DNA of 25,851 bases. Origin: a virus. Its lineage: Duplodnaviria; Caudoviricetes. The notes below the pieces were generated by a model that saw only the letters and a program-made list of their open reading frames with translations, ran no database searches and was not told the DNA's origin. Positions 17,032-25,580 of the stretch are shown here, in pieces. Every line of letters begins with the position of its first letter. The stretch's first letter is position 1. Location: the IMG/VR virus record IMGVR_UViG_3300030330_000456, positions 1 through 25,851 of that record; one strand, given 5' to 3'. A program made the translations under genes and the position numbers.

Positions 17032-19895
17032 CTGTCTTTCATCCGAGTTTCAAAGAGCAACATGTATTGTTCTTTTGCTGCCTGTGGTAGTTTGTCACTC
17101 TGTAAAAAGTCATCATAGCTTGAGAAGGAAAGCACTGCATCGTCATCATCTTTTATGTTGCCGTCATTCCTTATCAACAGATTTACGCTCTTTAGGAAAT
17201 CCGCCTGCTGTGCTTCGGGTATTCTGGGTCCGGCGGGATCGTCACCATCTGGATTCATTGTGGATACGTTTTCTCCATCGACGAACTCTATTCTGTTACG
17301 CAAGTTTTCTGCTACGCTGAAGCCTGTCTTAGTTTCCAAATCAGTCAAAATCATCGCATTCAGAACGACCTGATTATTCTTGTTTGACAGAGCCGCCCCT
17401 CTCTGCGCCCTATACATCAGATCGTCTCGAAGCAGGCTCATCACCGCAAATTCATTTTCGGGGGTGGACATACCGCCGTTCAAGAAGTTAAGAACATTCT
17501 GTACGTCTTGGTCGGATATTGTCCGTCCTCCGGTTCCACCCTGCAGAGCGGATGCAACGCTGTAGGCAATGACGTAGTTTAGGTATCGGCGTCTAGCTGC
17601 GTTGGCTGTGATAGAATTGGTGCTAACCATCTGCCTTTGGATTTCTGCTATATCAGCAATCCTTTTCTTTCTTGCCTCGGCCTCTTTTGCTTGGAATGTT
17701 TCTTGGCTTTGTCCCGGATTATAGAATGAAGAGGTGGCCCTTCCAAATTTTCCAAACTGATCTTGCACCATTGTCCCTACATCAGGAGACCCGGCATCAA
17801 TGGCAGTCACTACTTTTTCTGTGCTACTAAACAGGGATAGCGCACCGGAAATAACAGGGTTATCTTCGTCAACTCCAACTGATCCCAAGCCAACTCGTAT
17901 ACCTGCTTTTACGTTTTCCATAAAGCTGGACAGAGTTAACAACGCCTCTCCTGCACGCTGGCCAAACGGTGTGCGCTCGTAAGTAAGTACGCCGTCTTCT
18001 CTCTTGATGATAAAGATTTGCGACATGGCTTCCGTAAGCAGTCGGGATGCTTCTAGAGAGGAGCGTGCGATAGCTGCTTCCTCGGCCTGCATGTCATCAA
18101 ACCGTTTGCCTTTGAATGTCTTATTCTTAAAATCGTTGACGCGATAAAAGGTGTCGAGATCGGCGCTTCTGTCTTCCAGTTGCGGAGAGAACACGCTGAC
18201 CAAAGCGAGTTTGTCATTGAATGTGGGATGCACACTCTCGTTAACAATTCTACCGTCAGCAAGTAATCTTGCTTGTGGTGATGCTCCCATTACAACAGTT
18301 GCCACTTGCTCTAGTTCTTTTGCGTTTGCTTCGTATCCGGGCACAGCAGGATCGTATGCAAGCGTAGCGTTTCTTAGGACGTTACCTGCAATAGAGTTGG
18401 AACTGGGATTTGTAGATAACTGTGCTAAAGTTCGCAGCCCGTACTGTGTTGGCGTTGCGGCAAGAGGACTAGCAGGGTCTCCAAAAACAGAGGGATACGA
18501 ACGAACTGCGTTCCCTACCCGGCTTCTTGCTGTGGTTTCGCTAAAGCCACTATTGGCAGACCATTGAAGAAGCGCAGTAAAGGAGTCCTTGTGCCTTGGC
18601 TCTGTTATAAATTGAGGCACACCCACAGCCGTGCCATTATCAAGGTCTACAACGAACGATGCGTTAAAGACAGGCGATCCTTCTCCTGCGCCCATCGCGT
18701 CACCGAGTCGAACAACCTCGTCAGCAGCCATGTTTCTTGCACGAGAGTAGAAGTATCTGTAGAAGCTGTTGCCTGTTACTGTGTTACCTTCCTTGTCAAA
18801 CCTGTCTCCTACCTTAAAGTAAGTAGGGTAAGCGTACTGACTTACTCTCATCAGCAAGTCCGGCTGTAGCATTAGACCCCCTTGTGGATCAAGTATGCCA
18901 GCCTTCCGACTTTCTTTTTGCAAAATGTCGTTGTACATGTGGTTGTAGACTGTGTCTAAACTGCCAGCGTTCATCGTTGTCCAGTCGAAACCTTCTCCGA
19001 CCTTGTTGCGGATGAAACGATCCATGCTTCTTTCATATTCATCTGTGCTTTTACTGGACGGAATGAACGTCTGTTCTTTTCCATCATCGCCAGTCCACGT
19101 CAAAGGCGCTGAAGCAAACGCTCCCGTGCTTTCAGAAGCAGCCTTGATGCCGAGTGCAGTCATAAGTTGATTGTTCACTTCGTCGCTGAATATATACTGC
19201 GTTCGTTCTTTGTCTCCAAATATCATAGGTTTTGCCGATCCCGTAAGTATATCGAAATCGACGCTGTTATCTTGGAGACTTTTCACTCGCTTTTTGAGTG
19301 TATTCATACCGCCTTTTTCGTCATAAAAGAAATCGCCATCAGTTTCACCTTGCACTAAAATACGTGCAAAGGGACGAGACGGTTTTATTTGAACTGGGGC
19401 GGTTGGCTTCGTGTCATCTTCGACAAGTCCCTCGTAATAAGCAGGCATAAACTGGACGTTTTCGATTGAACCGTTAGGCATTCTGTCGCCCCGTCCCACT
19501 CGCTTGAGACCTGCCATAGCGTCAACATGCTCTGGAGAATTGATCGGCAAGCCAGACATTACGAAGTATTGCGACCATCCCTCTCTTGACGTGGCTCCAA
19601 CATCATCGTTGGCAAACGCCTCTGTTTCTGGAAGATACTCGGCACCTCTGGAGAAAATATCTATTTCAAAGGGCTTTGCTTCAGGGGGTTTTTCGGGTTT
19701 AGGATGGTTGATGATTTTACCACCTATTTGAGTCGCAAAAGCCTTTGCATCCTCCGGAATCTCATCGTCTAGACCGTATGCAGCCACCCTGCCACCCTGC
19801 AAGGCGTACGTAGTCACTTTGTTCTCGCGCTCTTTGCGCTTGTTGGACTCGTGTCCCGCTGCCATAAAGTACATCAATTCGAGCGGACTAAACAT
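17028..19895 (-). CDS. Putative internal virion protein
   Basis: 955-aa ORF coupled (ATGA) to the 1582-aa gene; role inferred from position. Confidence 0.62.
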   Translation of the reverse strand: MFSPLELMYFMAAGHESNKRKERENKVTTYALQGGRVAAYGLDDEIPEDAKAFATQIGGKIINHPKPEKPPEAKPFEIDIFSRGAEYLPETEAFANDDVGATSREGWSQYFVMSGLPINSPEHVDAMAGLKRVGRGDRMPNGSIENVQFMPAYYEGLVEDDTKPTAPVQIKPSRPFARILVQGETDGDFFYDEKGGMNTLKKRVKSLQDNSVDFDILTGSAKPMIFGDKERTQYIFSDEVNNQLMTALGIKAASESTGAFASAPLTWTGDDGKEQTFIPSSKSTDEYERSMDRFIRNKVGEGFDWTTMNAGSLDTVYNHMYNDILQKESRKAGILDPQGGLMLQPDLLMRVSQYAYPTYFKVGDRFDKEGNTVTGNSFYRYFYSRARNMAADEVVRLGDAMGAGEGSPVFNASFVVDLDNGTAVGVPQFITEPRHKDSFTALLQWSANSGFSETTARSRVGNAVRSYPSVFGDPASPLAATPTQYGLRTLAQLSTNPSSNSIAGNVLRNATLAYDPAVPGYEANAKELEQVATVVMGASPQARLLADGRIVNESVHPTFNDKLALVSVFSPQLEDRSADLDTFYRVNDFKNKTFKGKRFDDMQAEEAAIARSSLEASRLLTEAMSQIFIIKREDGVLTYERTPFGQRAGEALLTLSSFMENVKAGIRVGLGSVGVDEDNPVISGALSLFSSTEKVVTAIDAGSPDVGTMVQDQFGKFGRATSSFYNPGQSQETFQAKEAEARKKRIADIAEIQRQMVSTNSITANAARRRYLNYVIAYSVASALQGGTGGRTISDQDVQNVLNFLNGGMSTPENEFAVMSLLRDDLMYRAQRGAALSNKNNQVVLNAMILTDLETKTGFSVAENLRNRIEFVDGENVSTMNPDGDDPAGPRIPEAQQADFLKSVNLLIRNDGNIKDDDDAVLSFSSYDDFLQSDKLPQAAKEQYMLLFETRMKDR

Positions 19896-20450
19896 TTATT
19901 GCTCCTCCACCCCTAAGAATGATTCTTGTCTTACTCTCGCCTCTTTTGCAGGCTCTTCTCGCAACGCGGCTGTCAATTCTTCTGTACGTTTTATGTTCTC
20001 GCGTTGCTCTTTGTTCATCTCTTCTACCATGCCTGCAAATAGTTTCGGATTGTTCTCCTTCAGTATCTCGAAGAAGTTCTCGTCAGTCACATCTCCCTCG
20101 ACAGGTGCGCTGTCAACAAACATCTTTGGTTCAAAGCCGGTTTGCAAAGCCAAGTCCACAAGGAAGATGCCAATAGCCGGTTTGATAAGTTCGGCAACAT
20201 CCGGCGTAAATTGACCCTCCAAGAAGCCCTTGAAAGAAATTTGTGTCACTAGCTCTTCTACAGTAATGCCTGCCATCATCAGCTTCAACAGGTCGTCCTT
20301 GATAGGACCGCCCATGATCGTGTCGATGGTGAAGTCTATCACGTCGTCCGGATCAGTAAATCTTGGCGGTTGTTCCCACGGCCATTTGCCCGGAGTATCT
20401 GTAAGAGAGTTACCCGGTGGAGCGGCTAGGGCTGTAATTTTATCCATCAT
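19896..20450 (-). CDS. Hypothetical virion-module protein
   Basis: 184 aa with N-terminal APPGNSLT..PGKWPWEQPP; abuts the next gene. Confidence 0.75.
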   Translation of the reverse strand: MMDKITALAAPPGNSLTDTPGKWPWEQPPRFTDPDDVIDFTIDTIMGGPIKDDLLKLMMAGITVEELVTQISFKGFLEGQFTPDVAELIKPAIGIFLVDLALQTGFEPKMFVDSAPVEGDVTDENFFEILKENNPKLFAGMVEEMNKEQRENIKRTEELTAALREEPAKEARVRQESFLGVEEQ

Positions 20451-20463
20451 GGTGTGTCACCTA

Positions 20464-21066
20464 CTACGCGGTCATTTTTTTGTAACTACGTTTTCTACCC
20501 GCTGTGGTGGTTGCAGGTAGTGCCACCCCTGTTATCGCAGGTAGTTTTGATGCGGCAGGCATACCGATGGTGGCTCGTACCTGTCTTGCAAGGTATTGTT
20601 GCGTAGCATCTCGACCGAGAGCGGCAGCTAGTGCGCCCCCTCTGCCCGTCTGAAACAACTGCGCTCGTCCTGCTTGGAAGTTAAGGTCGCTTCTGGCTCC
20701 ATATCCACTTAGACTAAATTGGGGCGCATCAGGAAATTTGCCAAAGTCTCTGCCCATCGCCATAGAAAAAAGACTAGCAGCTTTGTCCTCATCTGATCCT
20801 CCACCTATATTCAAGAAGCTACCGACTCCTGTGATAGCTTTTCCTACCGCAGATTGACCGAATGATGTAGCTTGGAAAGGGGTTATATCCAGCGTGTTGA
20901 AAACTTTTCCGGCTAATGTATCCGGATTGTACGCCAAAGCAGTAGGATCGCTAAGAGTTCCATATTGTTTTGCGCCAAACAGATACTCACTACCAAAGTA
21001 CGCACCTGCAAGCATTGCGCCTACTTTAAGCGTGTTACCACCCAGAGCTTTGGACAACCAACTCAT
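20464..21066 (-). CDS. Gly/Ala-rich putative small internal virion protein
   Basis: 200 aa with an amphipathic MSWLSKALGG start, a GAMLAGAYFG hydrophobic segment and a basic C-terminus. Confidence 0.65.
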   Translation of the reverse strand: MSWLSKALGGNTLKVGAMLAGAYFGSEYLFGAKQYGTLSDPTALAYNPDTLAGKVFNTLDITPFQATSFGQSAVGKAITGVGSFLNIGGGSDEDKAASLFSMAMGRDFGKFPDAPQFSLSGYGARSDLNFQAGRAQLFQTGRGGALAAALGRDATQQYLARQVRATIGMPAASKLPAITGVALPATTTAGRKRSYKKMTA

Positions 21067-21069
21067 TTA

Positions 21070-22425
21070 CTAACTCCAAATCTTGTCGATAATCCCGATT
21101 TTTAGGAAGTTATCGTATTTTTCATCGTAAGCACTTTCGTTCGCAGCAATCGCAGCAGCCTGCATAGCTGCATTGTGTGCGCGGTCTCGTGCGTTTTCCG
21201 ATATTTTTGCAACCCATGCGGCCTTGTCCCGATACTTCTGCCACAGGTTGTTCAGTGCGTTCTGCTGTATACCCAGAAGATTGAGAGCGTTCTGTCGATT
21301 TGCTTCGTTTTGTTGTGCAGTGTTACGGGTGTTAACATTTCTGCGCCACACAGCGTTTGATTGATCAATCTCCAAGCGCATGTTGGCGTTGAACTGTTCC
21401 GTTGCAGTCTCCATCTGTGCGTTGTACTGTTGTATTGCAACACTCTGATTAGAATTAAACTGCTGTAGCGCTATGCTGCGCCCTATGTTAGATGCCTCTA
21501 TCTGTGTGCCTAGCTCTGCAAAGAATGTGTTTATCTCGTTTTCGGACTTTGCGTTAAATTGTTTTTGTGCGTTCTCTGCAGCCTGATCGTTAAGCAGAGC
21601 CTGCAACTTGGACTGATGTGTAAGAGTGTTGGCTTGTTGCTCGTTCGTTAGATTAGCCATGTCCATCGACAGAAAAGCTTTTGCATTTGTCACAGCAGCC
21701 TGCTGACGATTGTTCAGATTAGCCATGTCCATCTGCAACATGGCAGCGGCGTTTTGCAACGCAGCCTGTTGCTCGTTGTTCAAGTTTTGCAACTGGATAG
21801 TTGCGTATTTGTTGGCGTCTTGAGCGGCAATAGGGATGCCCGACTCCATCATGGCTTGCATGGTAGCTGCAGCAGCCATTGATGACGAACCCAGACCCCG
21901 CGACTGCATGATGGCTGTTACTTTTCGTACGGCAGGTGCAGCCCACGGAGGAGGAGGTCCGCCTTCTTCGATGCCCTTGAACAGTTCTGCAAGCTGATAA
22001 CGGGTGGTAGCTCTTGGATCAAGGTCTTGGACAGCGGCAGTAGCGAGGGATTCTTTTGACACAGTCCCCTGTGCAGCTTCAACCTGCGCCTTGTCTGATA
22101 TCTTTGCTTGATCTGCCTCGTCTTTTGACACTGCAGCTTTTGCTGTGCCTATTTTGTCAGCAACGTCTGCCGTAGCCTTGTAGTCCGCCGGATCAAATCT
22201 GGCTGGCATCGTTTGATCGGGGGCCGTTACATCTTCAGGCTTTATAATCTCGGTGGGATCGGATATAAGTTTTTGATCAGTGGTTAATAACTCGTCAGTC
22301 TTCACCTCTTGATCGTCGGGCTTTATCTGTGCGCCTGTAGGCAGGGTGGAGGTGGTCTTGGCCTGCTCCTCCATCTGCTTTTTGGCCTTTTTGTCTGCTT
22401 CAGATATATTATCAGCCATCGTCAA
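21070..22425 (-). CDS. Gln/Asn/Ala-rich coiled-coil putative ejection or DNA-pilot protein
   Basis: 451 aa with 22- and 11-residue periodic repeats in the C-terminal half. Confidence 0.68.
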   Translation of the reverse strand: MTMADNISEADKKAKKQMEEQAKTTSTLPTGAQIKPDDQEVKTDELLTTDQKLISDPTEIIKPEDVTAPDQTMPARFDPADYKATADVADKIGTAKAAVSKDEADQAKISDKAQVEAAQGTVSKESLATAAVQDLDPRATTRYQLAELFKGIEEGGPPPPWAAPAVRKVTAIMQSRGLGSSSMAAAATMQAMMESGIPIAAQDANKYATIQLQNLNNEQQAALQNAAAMLQMDMANLNNRQQAAVTNAKAFLSMDMANLTNEQQANTLTHQSKLQALLNDQAAENAQKQFNAKSENEINTFFAELGTQIEASNIGRSIALQQFNSNQSVAIQQYNAQMETATEQFNANMRLEIDQSNAVWRRNVNTRNTAQQNEANRQNALNLLGIQQNALNNLWQKYRDKAAWVAKISENARDRAHNAAMQAAAIAANESAYDEKYDNFLKIGIIDKIWS

Positions 22426-22622
22426 TTCATTCCCATAAATACTGTGACGACCATAGCCACAACTAAAATCGTACTACCCATGATCATTGCTTCCAGACGC
22501 CACATGCGCTTGTCGAGGGCATCGAGCTTCTCTTGGACAGCAGCATAGCGGATAGCACACTCCTTCTCGTGTGCCTCAAGTTCCATCTGTGTCTTGAGTA
22601 CGGGTTCCATCGCCAGCTTCAT
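22422..22622 (-). CDS. Small coiled-coil plus C-terminal TM protein (XhlA-like architecture, possible lysis factor)
   Basis: ELEAHEKECAIRY...LDKRMWRLE followed by AMIMGSTILVVAMVVTVFM. Confidence 0.6.
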   Translation of the reverse strand: MKLAMEPVLKTQMELEAHEKECAIRYAAVQEKLDALDKRMWRLEAMIMGSTILVVAMVVTVFMGMN

Positions 22623-22813
22623 CAGTCGTCGGCGTCAGCGATTGTCAGGTCACCGGCTGCGACCTGTCGTTGGATTTCAGCGTAGTGGCGGTTGGCTGGG
22701 TCTAGAGGAACGTGCCTTGGAACACCGTCAATTGTAGATTTAATTCCGTTCTTATCACCCTCTGCGCCGACTGTGTACTTGGCATTTTCAATTTTCATTG
22801 TATTCATACTCAT
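22622..22813 (-). CDS. Small tail-associated hypothetical protein
   Basis: 63 aa containing VPLDPANRHYAEI...GDLTIADAD; coupled to the upstream tail gene. Confidence 0.7.
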   Translation of the reverse strand: MSMNTMKIENAKYTVGAEGDKNGIKSTIDGVPRHVPLDPANRHYAEIQRQVAAGDLTIADADD

Positions 22814-23925
22814 AACTCCGCGTCCGCTGCCCAGTGAAAAACGTAGGGTTGAGAAGTATCGCTACTGTCTCCTTGTATATATTGGCCTAAGCTACCGTCT
22901 ACTTCACTCGCCACACTAGACACAGATACTCTGGTGCTAGAACCGTTATATCTTGAAATATGATCGACAGTTCCGTCTTGACTATAAATAGTCAAAGTCG
23001 GGAAGCCCCTTTTGGTGACTTTGAAATCGTTTGACGAAAGAATAAAATATCTTGTGCCGGTGGAAGATATGCCTGAGTCACATGCGACAACGCCGTTTGA
23101 GGTGCCTGTTCCTTCGGCATCTCCATATTGATAAGACTTTTCATAATACCTCTGACACCTAGTCAACTCATCGCCAAACGACCGATGCTCGAACGGCGTG
23201 GCCTGTTCGCCAACCTCAATTTGCAAACCAGTGATAAAAAAGGTGCGGCTGGTGCTGTCATAAAACGAGGAGTTGGAACTACTAATTCTGTTAGCAGCTA
23301 CCTCACTTGCCCACGTTCCATTCGTAAAGGTTCCACCTGTGTACGTTGAGCCTCCGTGTAAAAACAAACTTAATGCAAAACTAAGGCCGTTATCATTGTT
23401 AAGTTTACCCGTTGTATCGCCGGGATATGTTAATTTAACTCTAGTCCAGTCCGTAGTTACAGAAAATGTCTGCCCATTAGTGCGAGAATTATCACTGTCT
23501 TTTAGTTCTGCTGTGTACGTAGCTGACGCATTACCTTTTACATAAAAACTTACAGTTACAGGTTTTGCTGTAGAAAAACCCTTTTCAAGACCTTGAACAT
23601 CTTGACCCTCAAAAAAGTAAGATAATCCCAAAAATTCCCCGGCACCAATGCTGGTGTCTGCCGTAGTACAAGCTAACTTTAACGCTTTTGGGAATCCCTC
23701 TAAGTCCGTAATTGACTCCTGTGTTACAGTGTATCGACCAGCAGAAGTACCACCACTGAGATGTTTTATTCTGTCTATAACATGATAGTCTTCTTGGTCT
23801 GCCCCAAGTCCTGTGCTGGATGTACCCCGCTGCGCCACCTGCATCGCACCGTTAATAATAAAGTTCCTGTGTGACAACGCCGTCTGCGAACCAATCAGTG
23901 CGGCGAGTTCTGCTGCCTTACTCAT
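22810..23925 (-). CDS. Tail-associated protein with putative carbohydrate-binding (jelly-roll) domain
   Basis: NFIINGAMQVAQRG, VTVSFYVKG, VTTDWTRVKLT and ITGLQIEVGEQATPFEHR...ELTRCQRYY; start reassigned to MSKAAEL (ATG 23925, GGAG SD). Confidence 0.75.
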   Translation of the reverse strand: MSKAAELAALIGSQTALSHRNFIINGAMQVAQRGTSSTGLGADQEDYHVIDRIKHLSGGTSAGRYTVTQESITDLEGFPKALKLACTTADTSIGAGEFLGLSYFFEGQDVQGLEKGFSTAKPVTVSFYVKGNASATYTAELKDSDNSRTNGQTFSVTTDWTRVKLTYPGDTTGKLNNDNGLSFALSLFLHGGSTYTGGTFTNGTWASEVAANRISSSNSSFYDSTSRTFFITGLQIEVGEQATPFEHRSFGDELTRCQRYYEKSYQYGDAEGTGTSNGVVACDSGISSTGTRYFILSSNDFKVTKRGFPTLTIYSQDGTVDHISRYNGSSTRVSVSSVASEVDGSLGQYIQGDSSDTSQPYVFHWAADAEL

Positions 23926-24326
23926 GCGAGGTCTCCGTGAAATGCTACTGCACACTTTATTGAGTCAAATTCAACTCTTGAAGAACTAGATGTTGAATAA
24001 GCAACTTCCACTCGCAAACTACCTGCTAAATATCCAGAAGAACAATCTGCTTCACAAGTATGCATAGCAGCAGATGTAGAAGTGTCGGGATGAACAATGC
24101 TTGTTGCTGCGTAGTCAGCGTTATTCATGTCATTGGCAATAGTAAAAGTATAGTTGCCTGTTCCATTGTCTGTTGCAGATGTCATATTAAAACTGTCGGC
24201 AAAAGTTGTTCCAGAACCGTTATAACTGCACCACGCCTTCGCACTACCCTGTGCAACAGTAGACGTAGTCACGCTGTTGTTCCCGCTGGCATCCTTCAGG
24301 GTGTTTACTCTCAGTTCACTAGCCAT
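23922..24326 (-). CDS. Small tail-fibre-associated paralog 3 (AKAW...GDLA family)
   Basis: 134 aa: LRVNTL, GSAKAW, DSFNMTSATDNGTGNYT, C-terminal HGDLA. Confidence 0.8.
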   Translation of the reverse strand: MASELRVNTLKDASGNNSVTTSTVAQGSAKAWCSYNGSGTTFADSFNMTSATDNGTGNYTFTIANDMNNADYAATSIVHPDTSTSAAMHTCEADCSSGYLAGSLRVEVAYSTSSSSRVEFDSIKCAVAFHGDLA

Positions 24327-24764
24327 TATGCGAGGTCTCCAAAATATGCCGTTGTCACTAGCGCACGGTCATCGCCTGTTCCCTCACTCGTTCCTTGTCG
24401 GCAACGTATTTGAAAACCGGACGCAGTTTGATTATCACTGTCATTTAAACCCATGTAGCCGCCATTACCGCCAGATTGCTCTCGTCCAGCAAGAGAAAAA
24501 GAGTAGTTGGTATTACCCATAGAATTTGTAGAGACTGGTGTATAGTTTCCTGTACCATTATCGGTTACGGATGCCATGTTAAAACTGTCACTAATAGCCA
24601 GAGTGCTAGTGCCGTTAAAATTAACCCACGCCTTTGCCAGCCCCTGCTGCAAATTCGTTGTGGTCGAGTTGCCCTCGCCGGTAACTGCAATAGACCCAGC
24701 CGTGGCTACCCCTGTAATCGTATCGACTTTGAGTATGCTTGCCATTATGCGAGGTCTCCGTGAA
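23924..24764. repeat. Three conserved gene-junction repeats ATGCGAGGTCTCC
   Basis: 13-nt core at 23924, 24328 and 24747; 19-nt identity between 24322-24340 and 24741-24759; 18-nt identity between 23924-23941 and 24747-24764. Confidence 0.85.
24326..24745 (-). CDS. Small tail-fibre-associated paralog 2 (AKAW...GDLA family)
   Basis: 139 aa: LKVDTI, GLAKAWVNF, DSFNMASVTDNGTGNYT, C-terminal FGDLA. Confidence 0.8.
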   Translation of the reverse strand: MASILKVDTITGVATAGSIAVTGEGNSTTTNLQQGLAKAWVNFNGTSTLAISDSFNMASVTDNGTGNYTPVSTNSMGNTNYSFSLAGREQSGGNGGYMGLNDSDNQTASGFQIRCRQGTSEGTGDDRALVTTAYFGDLA

Positions 24765-25125
24765 TTGTGGCTGAACTCACCAAATCTCTGTACGCTCCAT
24801 CCGAAGTACGAGATGTAATTATGGGCATCTGAGATGTTGTTCTGCTATTGTCGTGGTCTTCTGATATTCTCCCAAGTGATACCGCTGCCTCACCTTTAGC
24901 GATTCCCGAACAAGAATACCCTGAACTATCAAAAGCGTTAGATACGTTGATTTTATATTCCCCTGTTGTGCTGTCTGTTACAGAACTTATTGAAAAACTA
25001 TCCACTGTAGCCGGAGTAGCCTGATTATAATTAACCCACGCCTTCGCAGCATGTTGCTTCGTCAGCCCTACCGGCCCCGTACCCGCCTTATCCGCGATCG
25101 TGTCTACATTCAATACACTGGTCAT
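24745..25125 (-). CDS. Small tail-fibre-associated paralog 1 (AKAW...GDLA family)
   Basis: Start MTSVLNVDTI (ATG 25125, ATGA overlap, GGAG SD); AAKAWVNY, DSFSISSVTDSTTGEY, C-terminal HGDLA. Confidence 0.8.
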   Translation of the reverse strand: MTSVLNVDTIADKAGTGPVGLTKQHAAKAWVNYNQATPATVDSFSISSVTDSTTGEYKINVSNAFDSSGYSCSGIAKGEAAVSLGRISEDHDNSRTTSQMPIITSRTSDGAYRDLVSSATIHGDLA

Positions 25126-25580
25126 ACGATGCTCCAATATCCATTAACAGTGACGGTTGCACTCTGCGTAATCGGCCCTGCCGACACACCGTTCTCGTCA
25201 CTGTCAATCGTGATGTCTGCGCTGATTGTCTGACCGTTCAAGCGGATAATCGAGTTGTTGCCTTTGAAGGGATAGCGTGTGTCCGATTCCGTCTTGGTGT
25301 ACGAGTTCGCCACAGAGAAGGTATCGTAGATGACCATCTCCACCACGTCGTTCAGGGATGCCGCCGTGACCAACACAACCGTCGTGCCGGTGGTGGCGGT
25401 GTAGTCCGTGCCGGGCTTCAAGAGAACACCGTTCTGATACACGTCCATGTACAGGCTGTCCTGATACGTCAAGACCTTACTGTCGGCATCGCTGCCACTA
25501 AACGAGGTCTGCCCCGCAGTCGCCTGATATACGAAGCGGTTGCGGAAACCTACTGCGGGGGATTTACCTATGTATGGCAT
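25122..25580 (-). CDS. Tail-associated structural protein
   Basis: MPYIGKSP start, ATAGQTSF...DVYQNGVLLKPGTDYTAT beta-domain and C-terminal SAGPIT..ATVTVNGYWSIV. Confidence 0.75.
   Translation of the reverse strand: MPYIGKSPAVGFRNRFVYQATAGQTSFSGSDADSKVLTYQDSLYMDVYQNGVLLKPGTDYTATTGTTVVLVTAASLNDVVEMVIYDTFSVANSYTKTESDTRYPFKGNNSIIRLNGQTISADITIDSDENGVSAGPITQSATVTVNGYWSIV

Noticed and set aside
12218-22548. Numerous plus-strand ORFs over the virion module
   Set aside because: Antisense to long, coupled minus-strand genes, with no recognisable domains.
23922-25135. Diversity-generating retroelement, shufflon or CRISPR interpretation of the repeats
   Set aside because: No reverse transcriptase or invertase in the window; the repeats are direct, short, about 410 nt apart and show no adenine-specific TR/VR pair.
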